Source: a virus (Duplodnaviria; Caudoviricetes). Taken from it: DNA of 29,064 nucleotides. Under the pieces are notes generated by a model. The model searched no databases. It was not told where the DNA came from and saw nothing but the letters and a program-made list of their open reading frames with translations. The position numbers were made by a program, and so were the translations under genes. The stretch's first letter is position 1. Every line of letters starts with the position of its first letter. Shown one piece after another: positions 25,357-29,064 of this stretch. The stretch covers positions 1-29,064 of the IMG/VR virus record IMGVR_UViG_3300020403_000060; one strand, written 5' to 3'.

Positions 25357-27090
25357 ATGAAATTATATTTAGTACAAATGCACAACCAGCAACCTGGTAT
25401 TATTTTGTATGACTATACTAGAGCTAAAGCTAGTAAACGAGCAAAAAGAATGTTCGGTGCAGATAAAGTAGACGAAGTTATTCCAATCTCTAGACAAGAT
25501 GCTGAAATTGAATTTGGTGATAACTATATGCAGCAAGCAAGATGGAATATGATGAGGAGTGAAGATATGAATGAGGTATCTGTTCTTACAGGAGACAATC
25601 CTTTTCTTGATGAAAAAATGAATATGAAAAAAGCTGATATGGGTGACGTTATTGATGATTTTTATCAGTCAGATGCTCCTCAGTTTCAAGGTAAGTCTAA
25701 AGCTAAAAGACGTCAAATGGCTATAGCTGCCAAGCTTCAAGCTAATGAAGAAGAAAAGCAACACTACAAACTATCTACAGTTTCTGAAGGTATAGATCAA
25801 AAAGTTCTTACTCAGTTTAAGACTATGATAAAAGATGGTGAAGAAGATAGTGTTAGACTACTACTGCAAGGGATGCCTAAGCATACAAAGAAGATGTATA
25901 TGTCTCGTTTAGGTATTAAAGAGTCTGATAAAGTTGATGGGCGTACTAAAGCATTCAGAGAAACTATTAATCGTTTAAATATGACTAAAAAAGAAGTAGT
26001 AGAAGCAGCTAAGCATGAAATGACTGTAGATGGTTATACTACTACTCATTTTTATCTATGTCCTAGTGCTCTTAAAGCAATGACTGAACATCAAGAAGTT
26101 GATGGTGCTAAAGAGCTAACTAAAATGCAAGATAATTATTTTAAGTTCGAAAAGAAATTTATGACTTCAGAACCTTCTGATGCAGATAAAGAGAAAGCTC
26201 AATCTATGTATGAGTCAATTATCGATAAAGCAGAAGCAGCAGGAATAAAAGAAGATGTCGATGCTTACATGAAAGATCATAGAGATTCTATTACAAAAGG
26301 TGATCCCAAACCAGGTTTTGGTAAAGTTGAAGAAGATAAAACTATGATAGGGATTGCTAAAGCTTTAAAAGGTTCTAGTAAAGGTCACGCTAAACAAGCT
26401 AAGCAAATTATGAAACATGTCAAAGATATGGATAAAGTAGACGAAGATATATCTAAGATGCCTCACTCTCATGTTAAGTTTTTTGCAACTAAAAAAATAC
26501 CACACGGTAGATACACTAGAGCTGAAATTGATGATGAGCATAGAAGAAGACAAAAAGTAGAACCTAATTATCATAAAGTTAAACCTTCTATTAATGAAGC
26601 AGAATTAGATGAACTTTCATATAAAACTATGAACTCATACTATGACAAAGCAAAGAGATCTCTTCATCGCGCTCACAACTCTCAGGGTGCTAATATCTTA
26701 AGAGGTACAGATCCGTCTAAAGATCAAAATACTGTAAGTAAAAGAGCAAAAGGTATTAAGTTAGCTAAAAGTAGAACTGTTGATAAAATAAGAAAAGGTC
26801 AAAGTGAAGACTTATCAGCTTATCTAAGAGCTAAAGATGCACCTAAAAAAACCACATCTACAGTTTCTGATTATATGTCATTGAAATCAGCACTCAAGAA
26901 AAAAAGAGAAGACTTAAGAAAGAGAACTAATGAAACAAAAGAAGCACCTCCAGGTACTTACTTTACTAGATCAGGTCAACTTAAGAAGGGTGATCCAGCT
27001 TCTGATGGTAAGGGCGGAGCAAAATTAGCATCTGATCCGTTAGACAAACAAAGAAAAACTATTGTCAATCTAAAAAACTATCCTAAGTAA
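25357..27090 (+). CDS. Large modular Lys/Glu-rich protein, putative internal virion protein
   Basis: Late-type promoter; modules bounded by LDE/VEE/INE/IKE sites resembling gp21 cleavage motifs, e.g. DMGDVIDDFY.SDAPQF.GKSK.KRR.MAIAAK and ELDELS..T..SY..KA. Confidence 0.6.
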   Translation: MKLYLVQMHNQQPGIILYDYTRAKASKRAKRMFGADKVDEVIPISRQDAEIEFGDNYMQQARWNMMRSEDMNEVSVLTGDNPFLDEKMNMKKADMGDVIDDFYQSDAPQFQGKSKAKRRQMAIAAKLQANEEEKQHYKLSTVSEGIDQKVLTQFKTMIKDGEEDSVRLLLQGMPKHTKKMYMSRLGIKESDKVDGRTKAFRETINRLNMTKKEVVEAAKHEMTVDGYTTTHFYLCPSALKAMTEHQEVDGAKELTKMQDNYFKFEKKFMTSEPSDADKEKAQSMYESIIDKAEAAGIKEDVDAYMKDHRDSITKGDPKPGFGKVEEDKTMIGIAKALKGSSKGHAKQAKQIMKHVKDMDKVDEDISKMPHSHVKFFATKKIPHGRYTRAEIDDEHRRRQKVEPNYHKVKPSINEAELDELSYKTMNSYYDKAKRSLHRAHNSQGANILRGTDPSKDQNTVSKRAKGIKLAKSRTVDKIRKGQSEDLSAYLRAKDAPKKTTSTVSDYMSLKSALKKKREDLRKRTNETKEAPPGTYFTRSGQLKKGDPASDGKGGAKLASDPLDKQRKTIVNLKNYPK

Positions 27091-27103
27091 TTATAATGAA
27101 TAT

Positions 27104-27958
27104 ATGCGAGTATCTCTCTTCACTGACTACGGAGCACTCAACTCCCCAGAGGTCTTTTCTGCCTTTGCAGAAGGATGTGACGCTGAAATCGTATTCAATG
27201 AAATGGACGCAGACGTTGCAGTCATTTGGTCCATATTATTCGCAGGAAGAATGGAACCAAACCGTCAAGTATGGGACCATTACAATAAACGGAATAAGCC
27301 TATCATCGTACTTGAAGTCGGAGCAATCAAACGAAACGAAACATGGCGAGTAGGTATCGGCGGCATCAATAATGGTGCTATTTTTGCTAACAAAGAAAAC
27401 TTAGAAGAAGGCAGGGTAGAAAAGTTTGGTTTAAAACTCAAGCCCTGGATAGATGATGGACAGTTTATTACAATCGCTACTCAACGACCAGACTCCCACC
27501 AATGGTCCTCAATGCCAAGAGTTGAAGACTACTTACGAGATGCTATTCGGGAAATTAGAGAGTATAGCTCCAGAGATATCGTTATCAGACCCCACCCTAG
27601 AGACAGGATTACAGACTTTCCTTCAATTGCTAGAGAAGTTAGGGGCGTGTATTTCGACGTCCCCAAACATACCGGTATAGCAGATAATTATAATTTTTCA
27701 GATATCTTAGATAGATCTTGGTGTGTAGTAAATCACTCATCTAATCCTGCAATAGAAGCTACAGTTAGAGGAGTACACACATATACAGGATGTCAATCTT
27801 TTGCTTACCCTATGTCTATAAGAAATTGGAGAGATATAGAAAATCCTCCTCGTAAAGATAGAAACTTGTGGTTACAACAACTTACTCATATTGAATGGTG
27901 GCCAGAAGAAATAGCAGAAGGAAAACCATGGAACCGTTTGAAAAACTATCTTTGGTAA
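27104..27958 (+). CDS. Glycosyltransferase-like protein (resembles capsule-polysaccharide KpsS/KpsC type), paralog 1
   Basis: LKPW...G..I.I.TQRPD, IVIRPHP, L..SWCVV.HSSN.AIEA...GV and W..EI..G..W. Confidence 0.6.
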   Translation: MRVSLFTDYGALNSPEVFSAFAEGCDAEIVFNEMDADVAVIWSILFAGRMEPNRQVWDHYNKRNKPIIVLEVGAIKRNETWRVGIGGINNGAIFANKENLEEGRVEKFGLKLKPWIDDGQFITIATQRPDSHQWSSMPRVEDYLRDAIREIREYSSRDIVIRPHPRDRITDFPSIAREVRGVYFDVPKHTGIADNYNFSDILDRSWCVVNHSSNPAIEATVRGVHTYTGCQSFAYPMSIRNWRDIENPPRKDRNLWLQQLTHIEWWPEEIAEGKPWNRLKNYLW

Positions 27959-28734
27959 TGCCAAGACCATCTCCAAAGATGGAAAGAATATATGCAGCGT
28001 TAGAAGAAGGTCATCCTGACGCTAAAATTAATGCTCATACATTTACAAGATATGTGCTATGGGGATTAATTGGAAATAATGTCTTATATACTAACGGTGA
28101 TTTTATTTTTTGTGATATGCCTTATAATGGAAGGTATGACCCAAACAACGAACAATGGGATGAAACATATTGGAGATGGTGCTACCAAGGACTTCACGAT
28201 AACAGAAAACTAGATGTACCGTCTGATAGATTTGAACAATGGCAGTTAAATATTAAGCCATGGAAAAACGATGGAGATTATATTCTTATCTGCCCGTCTT
28301 CTGAAACTATGACGTTCTTTATGCACGGGCCTAAAAATGTAGATGAATGGTTAGAACAAACAATAAATGAAGTTAAACAGTATACTAATAGACCAATTAA
28401 GATTAGACGGAAGCCCAGAAAAGGTGGTACCAGCGGCCCTTCTGTTGCTGATGTTTCTCTTGAGTCCGATCTTGCTAATGCTCATTGCGTTGTGGTTAGC
28501 GGTTCTATTTGTGCGATTGATGCTCTTGCCGCTGGTGTTCCTGTTTTTGCTACTTCTAATGTGGCACCTTCTGCCTGGTGTACTAACAGAGATTTTTCCA
28601 ATATAGAAAATCCTTATAAATACGATAGAGAGCATCTCTTTTATAATCTGGCTTACAAACAATACAGTATTAAAGAAATGCGCGAAGGTATATGTTATGA
28701 AAATTCAATGCGATTTCTCTACGATAAAAGCTAG
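27928..28734 (+). CDS. Glycosyltransferase-like protein, paralog 2
   Basis: IKPWK..GDYILICP, W......EV..YT.RPI.IR.KP, L..A.CVV..GS..AIDA..AGVPVF and LAY.Q....EM..G. Start 27928 or 27958. Confidence 0.6.
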   Translation: MEPFEKLSLVMPRPSPKMERIYAALEEGHPDAKINAHTFTRYVLWGLIGNNVLYTNGDFIFCDMPYNGRYDPNNEQWDETYWRWCYQGLHDNRKLDVPSDRFEQWQLNIKPWKNDGDYILICPSSETMTFFMHGPKNVDEWLEQTINEVKQYTNRPIKIRRKPRKGGTSGPSVADVSLESDLANAHCVVVSGSICAIDALAAGVPVFATSNVAPSAWCTNRDFSNIENPYKYDREHLFYNLAYKQYSIKEMREGICYENSMRFLYDKS

Positions 28735-29064
28735 TAAACGTCATCTTTTATCTAATCCTATAACAGCAGCATTTCATGCTATTCAAGCTGCAACTTCCGA
28801 ATGTGATTATAAAATAGTTCAGGACAACCCTGATGTAGTTTTTGTATTTGGTTCAATTACTAAACGAAAAATGGATACTGAAAGAGCTATTTCAATCCAA
28901 CGACATAGAGATAATGGTACTCCTATTTTCTCTTTAGATTCAGCTTTGTTTTCTACCTACATAAGAAATAAAATGGACAGCCCCGAAACTTATATGTTTA
29001 GAGTTGGAATGGGTGATTGTGTAGGAACAGGAAACTTTCTAAACAAAAACTCGGACTCACAACG
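28697..29064 (+). CDS. Glycosyltransferase-like protein, paralog 3 (runs off the window end)
   Basis: Open frame MKIQCDF...PDVVFVFGS...PIFSLDSA...FRVGMG..GTGNFLNKNSDSQ parallels paralog 1 (ADVAVIWS...PIIVLEVG...WRVGIGG..NGAIFANKEN). Not in the ORF track. Confidence 0.55.
   Translation, partial: MKIQCDFSTIKASKRHLLSNPITAAFHAIQAATSECDYKIVQDNPDVVFVFGSITKRKMDTERAISIQRHRDNGTPIFSLDSALFSTYIRNKMDSPETYMFRVGMGDCVGTGNFLNKNSDSQ

Noticed and set aside
27096-27353. 85-aa ORF overlapping the start of GT paralog 1
   Set aside because: It is out of frame with a longer ORF that has family motifs, and is likely open because of locally C-rich codon use.
1-29064. Introns, inteins, homing endonucleases, tRNAs or stop-codon reassignment
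   Set aside because: Core genes are uninterrupted in the standard code, TAA, TAG and TGA all end genes at sensible places, and I saw no such motifs.

Overview
This AT-rich 29 kb window comes from a T4-like myovirus, probably marine, with cyanophage/pelagiphage-type gene order; an alphaproteobacterial host is plausible but not demonstrable. It carries fibre genes with small chaperone-like ORFs, the tail and head module (gp18, gp19, gp20, a relocated gp13, gp67/68-like, gp21, a very long gp22, gp23, gp3), and an accessory island (basic internal-type proteins, a membrane cassette, IscA/HesB, and an inverted phoH with a Zn-finger microprotein). These are followed by uvsY-uvsW-gp55-gp47-gp46, a large putative internal virion protein and three tandem glycosyltransferase-like paralogs. 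The most striking unexplained signal is the tripeptide D-S-D/E. By manual count it occurs about 47 times in fibre, neck, sheath and associated proteins at 1-12110, but only once (gp46) in the proteins from 12113 onward. It uses both TCN and AGY Ser codons, holds a fixed heptad register in coiled coils, and also appears in loops of otherwise conserved domains. My hypothesis is a phage-encoded virion-surface modification system in which DS[DE] is a Ser sequon for the phage's own glycosyltransferases; a cation-binding coat is the main alternative. All family assignments come from motif recognition, not database searches.
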